A stretch of DNA of 64,000 nt from Octopus sinensis (taxonomy: Eukaryota). Shown piece by piece: positions 50,782 through 63,754 of this stretch. The stretch is taken from NCBI RefSeq assembly GCF_006345805.1, contig NC_043001.1:14322001-14386000 (forward strand), given 5' to 3'. The first letter of the stretch is position 1. Every line of letters begins with the position of its first letter. Made by a program: the position numbers and the translations under genes. The notes under the pieces were generated by a model. That model made no database searches. It had not been told where the DNA came from and was given only the letters and a program-made list of their open reading frames with translations.

Positions 50782-51094
50782 CATATTTTCTTTTATTTCT
50801 TAACAGAGCAAAGGACGAGGTGGACAGTGGTACAAGGACAGACGCAAAGTGTGGGTGTTTACATACGACGAAATGAGAGAAAATAATAATGGCAATAATC
50901 ATGATGATGATGATGAGGACAATGATGAAGATAATTATGCTGTAAAATTATTTCGCTATTAAAATAGAAAGTAAGTAATTACAAAAACTAACGACTGAAG
51001 AATTACACACTCACGAAAGAGAAAATGGAAGTCAATTAACGACAGGAAAAAGGAGCGAAAGTGTACTTGTTCATAAGAATCTATTAGCAACACA

Positions 51095-51516
51095 CTAGGA
51101 GGAGGGGAGGAAGAAAAGGAAGGGAAGAGGAGAAAGAAGAAAAGAAGAAGAAGAAAAGAGAAAGGAAAACTAGAAAAGAAGAAGAAGGATAAAACAAGAA
51201 GACGAAGGAAAAAAAAAGAAAAGGGAGAAGGAAAAGAAGAAGGAAAAAGAAGAAGAAGGAGGAAAGAAGAAGAAGAAGAAGAAGGGAAAAAGAAGAAGAA
51301 AAAAAAAAGAAGAAGAAGAAGAAGAAGAGGGAAAAAGAGAGAGAAGAAGAAGAAGAAGAAGGAAAAGAAGAAGACGAAGAAAGAAAGGAAGAAGAAGACG
51401 AGGAAGGAAAACGAAGAAGAAGAAGAAGAAGAAGAAAGAAGAAGAAGAAGAGGAAGAAGAAGAGATAAGAAGAAGAAGAAGAAGAAGGAAAAGAAGAAGA
51501 AGAAGAAGAAGAAGAA
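51095..51516. repeat. (GAA)n polypurine tract
   Basis: About 420 bp almost entirely A/G. Confidence 0.95.
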
Positions 51517-52259
51517 TACCTTGACGAATGAAAGCAGCCAGAGAAAAACAAAACAGTCGCCATCAGCTTTTGCATGCAAACAAAACATTATGGTAAACTA
51601 TTATAAGAAGTAAATTAAGTTTAAAGGCTTTTAAATGGCTTCAATTAGCAAGAATAGAGAGTAAAATGTCATTGAAGATTTCCTTCTTAAGGAAACTACT
51701 CAGAAAATGAACCAATGCTGAATAGCCATAAATAATGGTTTTTTTTGTTTAGTTCTTTTAGTCTTTTAATGATTTCAGTCATTCAACTGCGACCATATTG
51801 GGGTCAATGCAGTCATAATACCCCCCCCCCGGTACTTAGAACTGTTTTATTGATCTTTATTTATGGTTGGAATGGCTAAGTTTATCTTTTAGGTGAAGGT
51901 TTATAAAGGAACAAGCTGTTTTAGTCTGGCGTATATATATTTCTTTATTGCCCACAAGGAGCTAAACATAGAGGGGACAAACAAGGACAGACAGAGGGAT
52001 TAAGACGATTACATCGACCCCGAAAGGATGAAAGGCAAAGTCGACCTCGGCGGAATTTGAACTCAAACAGCAACACAGACGCATACATGCTCTCGCTCAC
52101 GTGTGCATGCACACACACACACACACAAACACATACACACACACACATACGCACACATATTTCCTTTCCTTCACTTCCCCTTCACCAGGTGGATATTTAC
52201 AGTGTTCGCCACGATCCCCGTTTCTAATCATCCGTCACACCCCTTTCACACTTTTTTTT

Positions 52260-52840
52260 TTCTACTCTAAGCACTAGGTCTGAAATTTGGGGGGAGGGGA
52301 CCAGTTGATTAGATCAACCCCAGTATGCAACTGGTACTTAATTTATCAATCCTGAAAGGTTGAAAGGCAAAGTCAACCTCGGCCGAATTTGAACTCAGAA
52401 CATAAAGACAGACGAAATACCTATTTCTTTAATACCCACAAGGGGCTAAACACAGAGGGGACAAACAAGGACAGACAAACAGATTAAGTCGATTAGATCA
52501 ACCTCAGTACGCAACTGGTACTTAATTTATCAACCCCCAAAAGTATGAATGGCAAAGTCAACCCCAGCCAAACTTGAACTCAGGACATAAAGACAGACGA
52601 AATACCACTAAGCATTTTACCCAGCATGCTAAAGTTTCTGCTAGATTCTGCAAGGCCCAAAATTTTGGGGGAGGGGACCAGTTGATTAGATTGACTCCAG
52701 TACATAACTGGTACTTGATTTATCGATCCTGAATGGCAAAGTCAACCTTGGCAGAATTTGAACTCAGAATGTAAAGACAGATTAAATACTGCTAAGCATT
52801 TCGCCCGGCATGCTAACAATTCTGCCCGCTCGCCACCTTT
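52260..52840 (-). mobile_element. SINE family 2 cluster
   Basis: Three ggcaaagtcaacc...gaactcag units; head at about 52800-52838. Confidence 0.8.
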
Positions 52841-54009
52841 CACACTTGCACACCCATCTACCTGCACACCTCTTCTCATCCTCTGTCCCTCTTCTCTCTC
52901 TCTCTCTCTCTCATATTCACCTTGCTCTTTGACCTCACATTTCTCCTTCTTTTACCAGATGGACCAAGCCACATGGCTCTTCAGGAAGACACCTGCTACT
53001 GTCCATCTATTACACTTTCATTGTGAAAGCATGTGGGGCTAGAGTAGTGGTTAGAGTATTCACCTCACAATCACAAGGCTGCAAGTTCAATTCCTGGTAG
53101 TGCACTGTGACCTTGAGCAAGACACTTTATTTCCCATTGCCCTAGTTCACTCAGCTGGCAAAAGTGGGTAGTACTTGTACTTCAAAGGGCCAGCCTTATT
53201 ACATTCCGTGTCATGCTGAATCTCCCTGAGAACTACATTAAGGGGTATACATGTCTGTGGAGTACTCAGCCATTTGCACATAAATTTCATGACCTGGCTG
53301 TTCCATTGATCGTATCAGTTGGGACCCTTATCATATCCGAAGGAGTACCAGTTTTTTTTTTTAGTTTTTTTAAGAGGGGGCTCATGCCCCTCAGGCCCTG
53401 CCTTGGGTCCACCGTCAATGATATATAGAAACCATACTTTCATATATCTCAATACTATACACCATCCATTTAAGGGTGTCTTGTCTTGAGAGTATTTGGT
53501 GACCCCACCACTGCTTGTACTAGCAATATAAGCACCCAGGCAACGAGCTGGCAGAATCGTTAGCACGCCCGGCGAAATGCTTAGTGGTATTTCGTCTGTC
53601 TTTACATTCTGAGTTCAAATTCTGCCAAAGTCGACTTTGCCTTTCATTCTTTTGGGGTCAATAAATTACCAGTTACGTACTGGAGTAAATCTAATCAACT
53701 GGCCCCTCTCTCCAAAAATTTTGGGCCTTGTGCCTAAAGTAGAAAAGAATATAAGAATATAAGCACCCAGTACATTTTGTGGGGGGGGGGCATGTGCACC
53801 CTCCCCCCCACACACACACCTCTCGGGTCCGCCTTTAATGATGATGATGATTATAATGGTGATATATTAAACCATAATGATATCCATTAGACAGCATATG
53901 ATGGATCGTATGCATTTGATGCGCCTGTTTATATGCATGTATTGTAAGGGTTCTGGTAAGAGTTAAACTTATTTAGCAAGTTCTTAGTATATGGAGATTT
54001 TGGTTGCAT

Positions 54010-54041
<32 letters not shown>

Positions 54042-54789
54042 ATAATATATAATATATATACTTTAGTTCTGGATTAACAAGGTAACCAACCAATGGTCTT
54101 ATGTGAAGAGATCTTCACAATTGTTCAAGTGTGCCACATGGAAGTGTTGGTACCTATTTCCATTTAGGATTGAGAATACCATTCAAAATGGAGATGAATA
54201 CGAGCATTTTCATGTAGACAGCCATCATGTTATCATCTAAGGTCTGATGTCCTTCTTGCTGCCATCCCGCATCTGTTTCCAAGGTAATGTTTCCTATAAC
54301 CAAAACTATTTTTCATGGAAAACTGGAAAGGAACAACATGCTCATTTATAACCATCAAGACAAGGGTACACACACACACATACATGCGTGCGCGTGCATA
54401 TGATGGGCTTCTTTCAGGATCCGTATACCGAATCAATTCACAAGGCCTTTGTCAACCCAGAGCTGTGAAAGACACTTGCCCAAAGTTCCACACAGTGAGA
54501 CTGAACTCAAGAACACAGGGCTGGGAAGCAAGCTTTTAAACCACACCGCCATGCCTGAATCTAAACCCTACAAGACGGTGCCCCAGGATGGCCACTGTCT
54601 AATAAATGAAAACACAGAGAGAATAAAGAGTAATTCAAAAGATTTGTCAACCCAGAGCTGTGAAAGACACTTGCCCAAGGTTCCACACAGTGAGACTGAA
54701 CTCAAGAACACAGGGCTGGGAAACAATCTTCTTAACCGCACCATCATGCCTGAACCTAAATCCTACAAGACGGTGCCCCAGGATGGCCA

Positions 54790-55191
54790 CTCTTTTACTC
54801 TTTTACTTGTTTCAGTCATTTGACTGCGGCCATGCTGGAGCACCGCCTTTAGTCGAGCAAATCAACCCCAGGACTTATTCTTTGTAAGCCCAGTACTTAT
54901 TCTATCGGTCTCTTTTGCCGAACCGCTAAGTGACGGGGACGTAAACACACCAGCATCGGTTGTCAAGCAATGCTAGGGGGACAAACACAGACACACAAAC
55001 ACACACACATATATATATACATATATACGACAGGCTTCTTTCAGTTTCCGTCTACCAAATCCACTCACAAGGCATTGGTCGGCCCGGGGCTATAGCAGAA
55101 GACACTTGCCCAAGATGCCACGCAGTGGGACCAAACCCGGAACCATGTGGTTGGTTAGCAAGCTACTTACCACACAGCCACTCCTGCGCCT
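54790..55191 (-). mobile_element. SINE family 1, full-length young copy
   Basis: Nearly identical to the reverse complement of 14794-15209. Confidence 0.92.
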
Positions 55192-56608
55192 ATCTAATAA
55201 ATAAAAACAGAGAGAGAATAAAGAGTAATTCAAAAGATTTCTCAAGAAAACAAAAAGATCTCCTTTCAGTAAATCACGCAGATGTTCTGACCATCTTTGT
55301 TTAGCATATGGCAGAATATGATAGGAACCAATACAAGCATATACTAAAGATATGGTAGAATGATAACAGCTTGTAGCAGTAACAGGGTCGCCAAAAAACT
55401 TGTTAGAATGACCTACAATATGTAAAAGAGCAAACGGAAATACAAAACCGACTAACACAAGAATACAAAGAACGTAGCAGAGAAAATCGCAGAGAAAATC
55501 GCAGAGAAAATGAAAGATATTCCATCAGTACAACGATTGAAATGGTCATTCACTCCGTCGCTTCCATCTGGCCAACTCTGGAAGTCATAAGATAGGAAAT
55601 AAATATGAATTAGGATAAATAAGTTGTGAGATAACAAACACGCATGGAAAAAAAATAATAAAAAGAGAGAGAGAGAAAAACGTAGAAGAATTATCGCACA
55701 TCGCCCATAATGGTGTCGGCGGCGTTGATGTAATGGTGCTGCTTTGGCAGTGAATGGAAAAGAGAAGAAGAAGAAAGAGAAAAGAGGAAAAGAGGAAAAG
55801 AGAGGAAAACAAAACCTGTCTCTAGCCTGCCATTGAGAGAACACTTCTTCTTTATCTTCTTGATCTTCTTCTATCTCCGACTACTACTACTACTACTACT
55901 ACTATTACTACAACCACCACCACAACCAACACTTCTGCTACTGCTACTACCACCACCGCCACCGCTACTACTACTACTACTACCACTATTACTACAACTA
56001 CTACTACCACCACAATACCACTTCTACCGCTACTACAACTATCACCACTACCACCACCATCACCTCTTCTACGGCTACAACTACCGCTACCATCACTACT
56101 ACTTGTACTATTACTACTACTATTACTACTACTACCACCACTACCACCACCATCACTACTACTACTTGTACTACTACTACTACTACTACTACTACCATCA
56201 CAATACCACTACTACTATTACCACCACCGTCATTACTATTACTACTACCACTACTACTATTACTACTATTACCACCATCACCACAACAACACCACTTCTA
56301 CTACTACTACTACTACCACCACCACCATAACCTCTACTCTCACTCCTCCTCCTACTTCTATTTTTTCTTCAATCTTCTTCTAACCTTTTCCTTCTCTGTC
56401 TTCTTTCCTTCTTTCTTTTCCACGTTCTTCTTCCGATTCTTGTGTCTTCTTCCGATTCTTCTTCTGCCATTCTGCTACTAATACTATTTCCATCTGTTCT
56501 GTTCTACCGTTTCTCTTCTAGATATAACAGCCTCTTGGCCGTGAGTCCGCTGCCCTAACCACTGGACCATTGCGCCCCCACTTGTTATTGCTGCTGTTGT
56601 TGTTGTTG

Positions 56609-57011
56609 GAACATTATCGCTGGCTGACATCTGCTGACTGCGTATATACATTTAGTACGTGTGTGCTTATCTCTCCAACCTTATTATCTTCATATATACA
56701 TACATACACACACTTATATTTACACTTATACACTTGTGTGTATGTGAACATGTGTATGTGTGTTTGTTGTTCGTGTGTCTGCATACCTGTATATAAGTGT
56801 GTGTATGCATGTATGCATCTATCTATCTATCTATCTGTCTGTCTATCTCTATCTATCTACCTCCCTGTCTATCTATCTATCTATCTATTTTTCTTTCTAT
56901 CTATCTACCTCCCTGTCTATCTATCTATCTATCTATCTATCTATTTTTCTGTCTATCTATCTATCTATCTATCTATTTTTCTTTCTATCTATCTATCTAT
57001 CTATTTTTCTT

Positions 57012-57042
<31 letters not shown>

Positions 57043-57173
57043 ATCTATCTATCTATCTATCTGTCTGTCTATCTCTATCTATCTACCTCCCTGTCTATCT
57101 ATCTATCTATCTATTTTTCTTTCTATCTATCTACCTCCCTGTCTATCTATCTATCTATCTATCTATCTATTTT

Positions 57174-57210
<37 letters not shown>

Positions 57211-58461
57211 TTTTCTATCTATCTATCTATCTCTATCTGTCTGTCTAGATAGATAGATAGAGAAAGTTGGGGCGAAAGAGTACAACAGGAGTCCCCACCA
57301 CCCCCTGCCGGAGCCTCGTGGAGCTTTTAGGTGTTTTTACTCAATAAACACACACAACGCCCGGTGTGGGAATAGAAACCGCGATCCTCTGACCGTGAGT
57401 CCGCTGCCCTAACCACTGGACCATTGCGCCCCCACTTGTCATTGCTGCTGTTGCTGTTGTTGTTGTTGCTCTTGTTGTTGTTCTTCTTCTTGTTCTTCTT
57501 CTTTTTCTTTCCCCCCTCCCCACCTATAACCCTCTCTTTTTGTCTTTTATCTTTTGCTTTTTACTTTGTTCCGTCAGTAGACTGTGGCCATGCTGGGGCA
57601 CCATTTCTAAAGGGTCTAGTTGAACAAATCAAACCCTAATACTTTTTCTTCTTTAACCTGGTACAGTTTGCCTGGTCTCTATTGCTGAACCGCTAAGTTA
57701 CAAGGATGTAAACAAACTAACACCTTGCCAAGTATTGCAGACACACACACACACACATACCCCCATCATGCACCCCATGCACCCTCACATGCATCCCCCC
57801 CACATTAACCTCCCCATGCACACACTCCACATGCCCCCATGCATGCCCTCCCCCCAAGAAGCTATAACAGAAGACTCTAAGCCAAGGTACCTCGCAGTGG
57901 GACTGAACCCAAAACGTCACCATATGACCACATCTGTGCCTAAGCTTATATCTAGGTGTTACCGTGGTTACCGTATATGTGTATACATGTGTATACAACT
58001 TCCCTTTAGCTTAATTCTTTTATTCTTTCGCTTGTTTCAGTCATGTGACTGTGGCCATGCTGGAGCACTGCCTTTAGTCGAACAAATCAACCCCAGGATT
58101 TATTCTTTGTAAGCCTAGTAGTGTTGATATCTGCTGATATCAAAATAAGTAGTATATTGAAAAATAAAATTATTTTCTGGGGGTGGGGGTCATTTGTGGC
58201 TCCAAGAGTCAAAAGGAGGCTTTTGGCCAAAATGGATTAAGAATCCTTGATTTAAAAGATGGTCATATTTGATTTGAGAAAGATTTGGTTGCTATTTCTA
58301 GCAGGTCAGTTGACCATGAAGAGGTTTCCAATACAAGGTCGTTTGATAGATAGATAGATAGATAGATAGAAAGAAAAATAGATAGATAGATAGATAGATA
58401 GATAGACAGGGAGGTAGATAGATAGAGATAGACAGATAGATAGACAGGGAGGTAGATAGAT

Positions 58462-58535
<74 letters not shown>

Positions 58536-58744
58536 GCATACATGCATACACACACTTATATACAGGTATGCAGACACACGAACAACAAACACACATACAC
58601 ATGTTCACATACACACAAGTGTATAAGTGTAAATATAAGTGTGTGTATGTATGTATATATGAAGATAATAAGGTTGGAGAGATAAGCACACACGTACTAA
58701 ATGTATATACGCAGTCAGCAGATGTCAGCCAGCGATAATGTTCC
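56609..58744. repeat. Long inverted duplication (arms from 56609 and ending at 58744)
   Basis: ggaacattatcgctggctgacatctgc...gcatctatct is the exact reverse complement of about 58530-58744 and continues into (TCTA)n. Confidence 0.9.
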
Positions 58745-59345
58745 TGGATTTATACTGCTGTCCACTGTGGTCTCCCTACACAAAACAAAATATTATGAGA
58801 ATTGAAGCTCCCCAAAGGTCAATCACAAAAAAGATAGATGGCATGTCAGACCTTGACTACTGGGGTAGACTAGAGAAGCTGAAATTGTATTCACTCCAAC
58901 GACGCGTGTGAACGCTACATTATCTGTATGATGTGGAAAATATTCCATCAGCACTGTCCGAATGATGTTGGCATCACCTTCAAAATGCATCCAAGCTTGG
59001 ACCACGTGCCATCCGTCCACAACAAAAATCTAAATCGCATCACATAACGACAATACGGCACAACATATTTACCTCAATGGACCCGCTCTCTTCAACATTA
59101 CACCAGGACACGTCAAAAAAAGAAACTGACCACACAAAATTCAAGAAGTCTTTGGACAAATTCCTTCAAACAGTACCGGACAAACCACCCACACCCGGAT
59201 ATGTCTCCGCAAACAATAACTCTCTGCTCGAATGGGCCTTGGTGCCCAAATCCTGAACTGAAAGACTTCGCCAGGTGGTGCTATTAAGTTAGACATGGCC
59301 TGGGCCAATACTGGCCAAAAACCTTTCTAAGTTATTCTAAGTATT
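58745..59345 (+). mobile_element. CR1-clade LINE 3' fragment
   Basis: YCCPLWSPY...IEAPQRSITKKIDGMSDLDYWGRLEKLKLYSLQRR.ERY...LFN...FKKSLDKFLQTVPDKP; short ttctaagt repeat tail. Confidence 0.9.
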
Positions 59346-59491
59346 GAGGTTCATTCATAAATCGTTTACACTACTGCTTTAATCTCCACGTCTCCTGTTT
59401 GTGCACAGATATTTGTATGGAGGTCTATGTGTACAGCCTCGCACGGTGTGAGTAAGAGTCAGGCTCTATATATATATATATATATATATAT

Positions 59492-59692
59492 ACTCTCTTT
59501 TACTTGTTTCAGTCATTTGACTGCGGCCATGCTGGAGCACCACCTTTAATCGAGCAACTCGACCCCAGGACTTATTCTTTGTAAGCCCAGTACTTATTCT
59601 ATCGGTCTCTTTTGCCGAACCGCTAAGTAACGGGGACATAAACACACCAGCATCGGTTGTCAAGCAATGCTAGGGGGACAAACACAGACACA

Positions 59693-59730
<38 letters not shown>

Positions 59731-59734
59731 ACAC

Positions 59735-59802
<68 letters not shown>

Positions 59803-59970
59803 TATACGACGGGCTTCTTTCAGTTTCTGTCTACCAAATCCACTCAGAAGGCTTTGGTCGGCCTGAGGCTATAGTAGAAGACACTTGCCCAAGATGCCAT
59901 GCAGTGGGACTGAACCCGGAACCATGCCGTTGGTAGACAAGCTACTTACCACACAGCCACTCCTGCGCCT
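59492..59970 (-). mobile_element. SINE family 1, full-length
   Basis: Tail to head cagccactcctgcgcc. Confidence 0.9.
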
Positions 59971-60207
59971 ATATATATATATATTTTCATTCTTTTATTT
60001 GTTTCAGTCATTTGACTGCGGCCATGCTGGAGCACCACCTTTAGTCAAACAAATCTACCCCAGGACTTATTCTTTGTAAGCATAGTACTTATTCTAGCGG
60101 TCTCTTTTGCCAAACCGCGAAGTTACAGGGATGTAAACACACCAACATCGGTTGCTAAGTGATGATGGTTAGGACACAGATACACAAACAACAAACACAC
60201 ACACATG

Positions 60208-60239
<32 letters not shown>

Positions 60240-60574
60240 CAGAGGTGGACTGGCCAGGTTGCCAGCTTGCCCATGGCAAGTGGGCCCCTGAGCCATTAGA
60301 ATCCATATATGGGGGCCCATGTTAGTATCTAAGGGGCCCATCCTCTCAAGTTCGAGAATTTTTTATTCACTTCTGGAAGAATGCATTAATTATTTCAGCC
60401 TGGCTGTGTTTGTAGACAGTTGAAAAGAATACTTTTAACAAAAAAAAAAAAATAATTAATAGCATTATAGTTGCAGGTGGGCCTCCTTATAATTGTGTAT
60501 GGGCCCTCTTGTAATTGTGGGTGGGCACCCTTAGTCTCCTGGCAACCAATATTTTTAGACCCAGTCCGCCACTG
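60240..60574. mobile_element. hAT-like MITE
   Basis: TIRs cagaggtggactgg / ccagtccgccactg. Confidence 0.6.
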
Positions 60575-60782
60575 TGTATATATATATGACGGGCTTCTTT
60601 CAGCTTCCGTCTACCAAATCCACTCAAAAAGCCTTGGTTGGCCCAAAGGCTAGAGTAGAAGACACTTGCCCAAGGTGCCACGCAGTGGGACTGAACCCAG
60701 AACCACGTGGTTGGTAAGCATGCTTCTTACCACACAGTAACTCCTTTTATGTATCATATTATTTCTTTTCACTCATTTGATT

Positions 60783-60814
<32 letters not shown>

Positions 60815-61049
60815 TTTCTTTCTCTCTCTATCTCTCATAGATTTATATGTATATATGTGTGTATGTGTATGTATATATAGGTGCAGGCATGGCTGTGCTA
60901 AGACGTTTGCTTCCCAACCACTAGGTTCTGGGTTCAGTCCCACTGTATGGAACCTAGGGCAAGTGTCTCCTACCCACTACAGCCTTAGGCCAACCATATA
61001 TATACATGTGTGTGTGGGGAGTACATCTATATATATATATATATATATA

Positions 61050-61201
61050 CCGGAGTAAACACATAAATGTGAAACAAGGTGGAAAAAAGAGTACTCAAAT
61101 ACCAGTGGTAGAGTAATATGCTTTATTTAAAGCAGCAGAAAATTCAACAAAACCTGTTACTCTGAGTTTCCCATTGCCGTTCATCGGACAGTTTTTGCTA
61201 G
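61050..61201 (-). mobile_element. Penelope-like repeat with family B hammerhead (61154-61192)
   Basis: actgt CCGAUGA acg gcaa tgg GAAA ctc a gag UA acag, followed by aataaa; homologous to 13558-13643. Confidence 0.65.
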
Positions 61202-62898
61202 CAAGGAGAAATACCTAGCCAAAGATAAGCCCCTGTACCTGGCTTTTGTTGACATGGAGAAAGCCTTCGACAGGGTCCCCCGATCCCTTATCTGGTGGTC
61301 AATGAGGAAACTAGGGATAGATGAATGGTTAGTGAGAACTGTGCGGGCAATGTATAGGGACGCTGCTAGTAAGGTGAGGGTTGGCAACGAGTACAGTGAA
61401 GAATTCCGGGTAGAGGTAGGGGTCCACCAAGGCTCAGTCCTCAGCCCCCTCCTATTTATCATAGTCCTCCAGGCAATAACGGAGGAATTCAAGACAGGAT
61501 GCCCTTGGGAGCTCCTCTATGCTGATGACCTTGCTCTAATTGCTGAGTCGCTATCAGAACTGGAGGAGAAGTTTCAGGTGTGGAAACAAGGATTAGAATC
61601 GAAGGGCCTCAGAGTCAATCTAGCTAAAACCAAAGTCGTAATCAGTAGGAAAATCACAAACGCCTTCAGGTAGATGGCCCTGCTCGATCTGTAGAAAAGG
61701 TGTAGGTAGAACTCTATAAGATGCACCAAGTGTAAGCTATGGACACATAAGAGGTGCAGCAATGTCAAAGGAAGGCTAACTAGGAAGATGGTTTTTGTAT
61801 GTGGCAGATGCTCAGGAACAATAAACACAGATAATGCTCTGAGACCAACTTCCGTCACTTTCCAGGGAGAAAACTAGAAATAGTTGATAGTTTCCGTTAC
61901 CTAGGTGACCAAGTCAGCAGCGGGGGCGGGTGTGCTGAAAGTGTAACTGCTAGAGTAAGAATAGCTTGGGCAAAGTTCAGAGAGCTCTTACCTCTGCTGG
62001 TGACAAAAGGCCTCTCTCGCACAGAGTGAAAGGCAGACTGTATGATGCGTGTGTACGAACAGCCATGCTACATGGCAGTGAAACATGGGCCGTGACTGCT
62101 GAGGATATGCGTAAGCTCGCAAGAAATGAAGCCAGTATGCTCCGATGGATGTGTAATGTCAGTACTCATACTCGGCAGAGTGTATGTACCTTGAGAGAAA
62201 AGCTGGACCTAAGAAGCATCAGTTGTGGTGTACAAGAGAGACGTTTGCGCTGGTATGGTCATGTGGCGAGAATGGATGAAGATAGTTGTGTGAAAAAGTG
62301 CCACACCCTAGCGGTTGAGGGAACCTGCGGAAGAGGCAGACCCAGGAAAACCTGAGACGAGGTGGTGAAGCACGACCTTCGAACTTTAGGTCTCACTGAG
62401 GAAATGACTAGAGACCGAGACCTCTGGAAGTGTGCTGTGCGCGAGAAGACCCGGCAGGACAAGTGAGTCCATAACCCGTGGCCTTCTACATGGGATGGAG
62501 CCAGCCTACGTATGCATACCTTCCCTTCTTGGGAGACAAAACTCTACTTGTGAAGACCTGTTGAGGCAAGTGAGGATCAGAATCGAAATCGATCAATGGA
62601 AATTGCAGATGTGTTACCAGTGCCGGTGGCATGTAAGGGAACCTTCCATTTCGCGACCGTTGCCAGCGCCGCCCCGACTGGCCTCATGCCGGTGGCACGT
62701 AAAAAGCACCATCCGTTCGTGTCCGTTGCCAGCCACTACACTCACGGAGTGGTTGGCGTTAGGAAGGGCATCCAGCCATAGAAACACTGCCAGATTTGAC
62801 TGGGCCTGATGAAGCCTTTTGGCTTCACAGACCCCAGTAGAACCGTCCAACCCATGCTAGCATGGAAAACGGATGCTAAACGATGATGATGATGATGA
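61200..62898 (+). mobile_element. 5'-truncated RTE-clade LINE (RT pseudogene, 3'UTR, (GAT)n tail)
   Basis: AFVDMEKAFDRVP, GVHQGSVLSPLLF, LLYADDLAL, FRYLG, LHGSETW, RGRPRKT motifs; frameshifts and a TGG>TGA stop at about 62353. Confidence 0.96.
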
Positions 62899-62976
62899 TA
62901 CACATACATACACACAAACATATATATATATCATGTATGTGTGTGGTGTGTGTGTAAACATATATGTATGTATATA

Positions 62977-63007
<31 letters not shown>

Positions 63008-63062
63008 GTATGAGTGTGTATATATATATAATCAAAATAAGCAACAAAGATATCCAAGGTAG

Positions 63063-63150
63063 TGTAGTATAATTGTTTCATGCTACTTCATTTTATTAAA
63101 CACTGTAAGTATTACATCAGTTTTAAAATGTCGAGCAATCTTCAGCCACA
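63063..63150 (-). ncRNA. Type I hammerhead motif, family C, with long stem II
   Basis: tgtgg CUGAAGA t tgct [long AT-rich hairpin] agca t GAAA caatta UA ctaca. Stem III is cgatcg in the copies near 31823 and 32085. Confidence 0.55.
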
Positions 63151-63244
63151 TATAGAATTTTCCAATTAAACGGACAATGCACATTCTTATCCCTATTTCA
63201 TTTGCCAACATTATAAGGAGGGTATATATATATATATATATATA

Positions 63245-63546
63245 TCACCATGACCGACCAGACTATCAGATGTTGCTACACATCGCTGGTCACAATGCGC
63301 TTCACATTGTTTTAGCCTTCAAATGATGTGACCCCGCTGGCTAAGCGAGCAGGTCAACAGAAGAAAGAGTGAGAGAAAGTTGTGGCGAAAGAGTACAGCA
63401 GGGATCACCACCACCCCCCTGCCGGAGCCTCGTGGAGCTTTAGGTGTTTCCGCTCAATAAACACTCACAACGCCCAGTCTGGGTATCGAAACCACGATTC
63501 TACAACCGCTAGTCCGCTGCCCTAACCACTGGGCCATTGCGCCTCC
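63245..63546 (-). mobile_element. SINE family 3, full-length
   Basis: Reverse complement of ggaggcgcaatggcccagtggttagggcagcggac. Confidence 0.88.
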
Positions 63547-63754
63547 ATATATATAAGTGTGTGTGTGTGTGTGTGTATGTGTGTGTATGTGTGTGTATGT
63601 ATGCATATAAGTACAATGGGCTTTGTTTTAGTTTCCATTTATTCGATGTAGTGGGATTGTAATTCTAGCTTTCAATGCTATTTTCCTGTACTTGACGTCT
63701 ATGGCTGCTTTCCGGCCCCTTTCTGTCTTGTTGTGGTTCAATCGCTGTGTATCA

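Noticed and set aside
50959-51588. Phe/Ser/Leu-rich membrane-like ORFs
   Set aside because: Reverse strand of the (GAA)n tract.
55833-57256. Tyr/His/Thr-rich and YLSI-repeat ORFs
   Set aside because: Translations of (CTA)n and (TCTA)n microsatellites.
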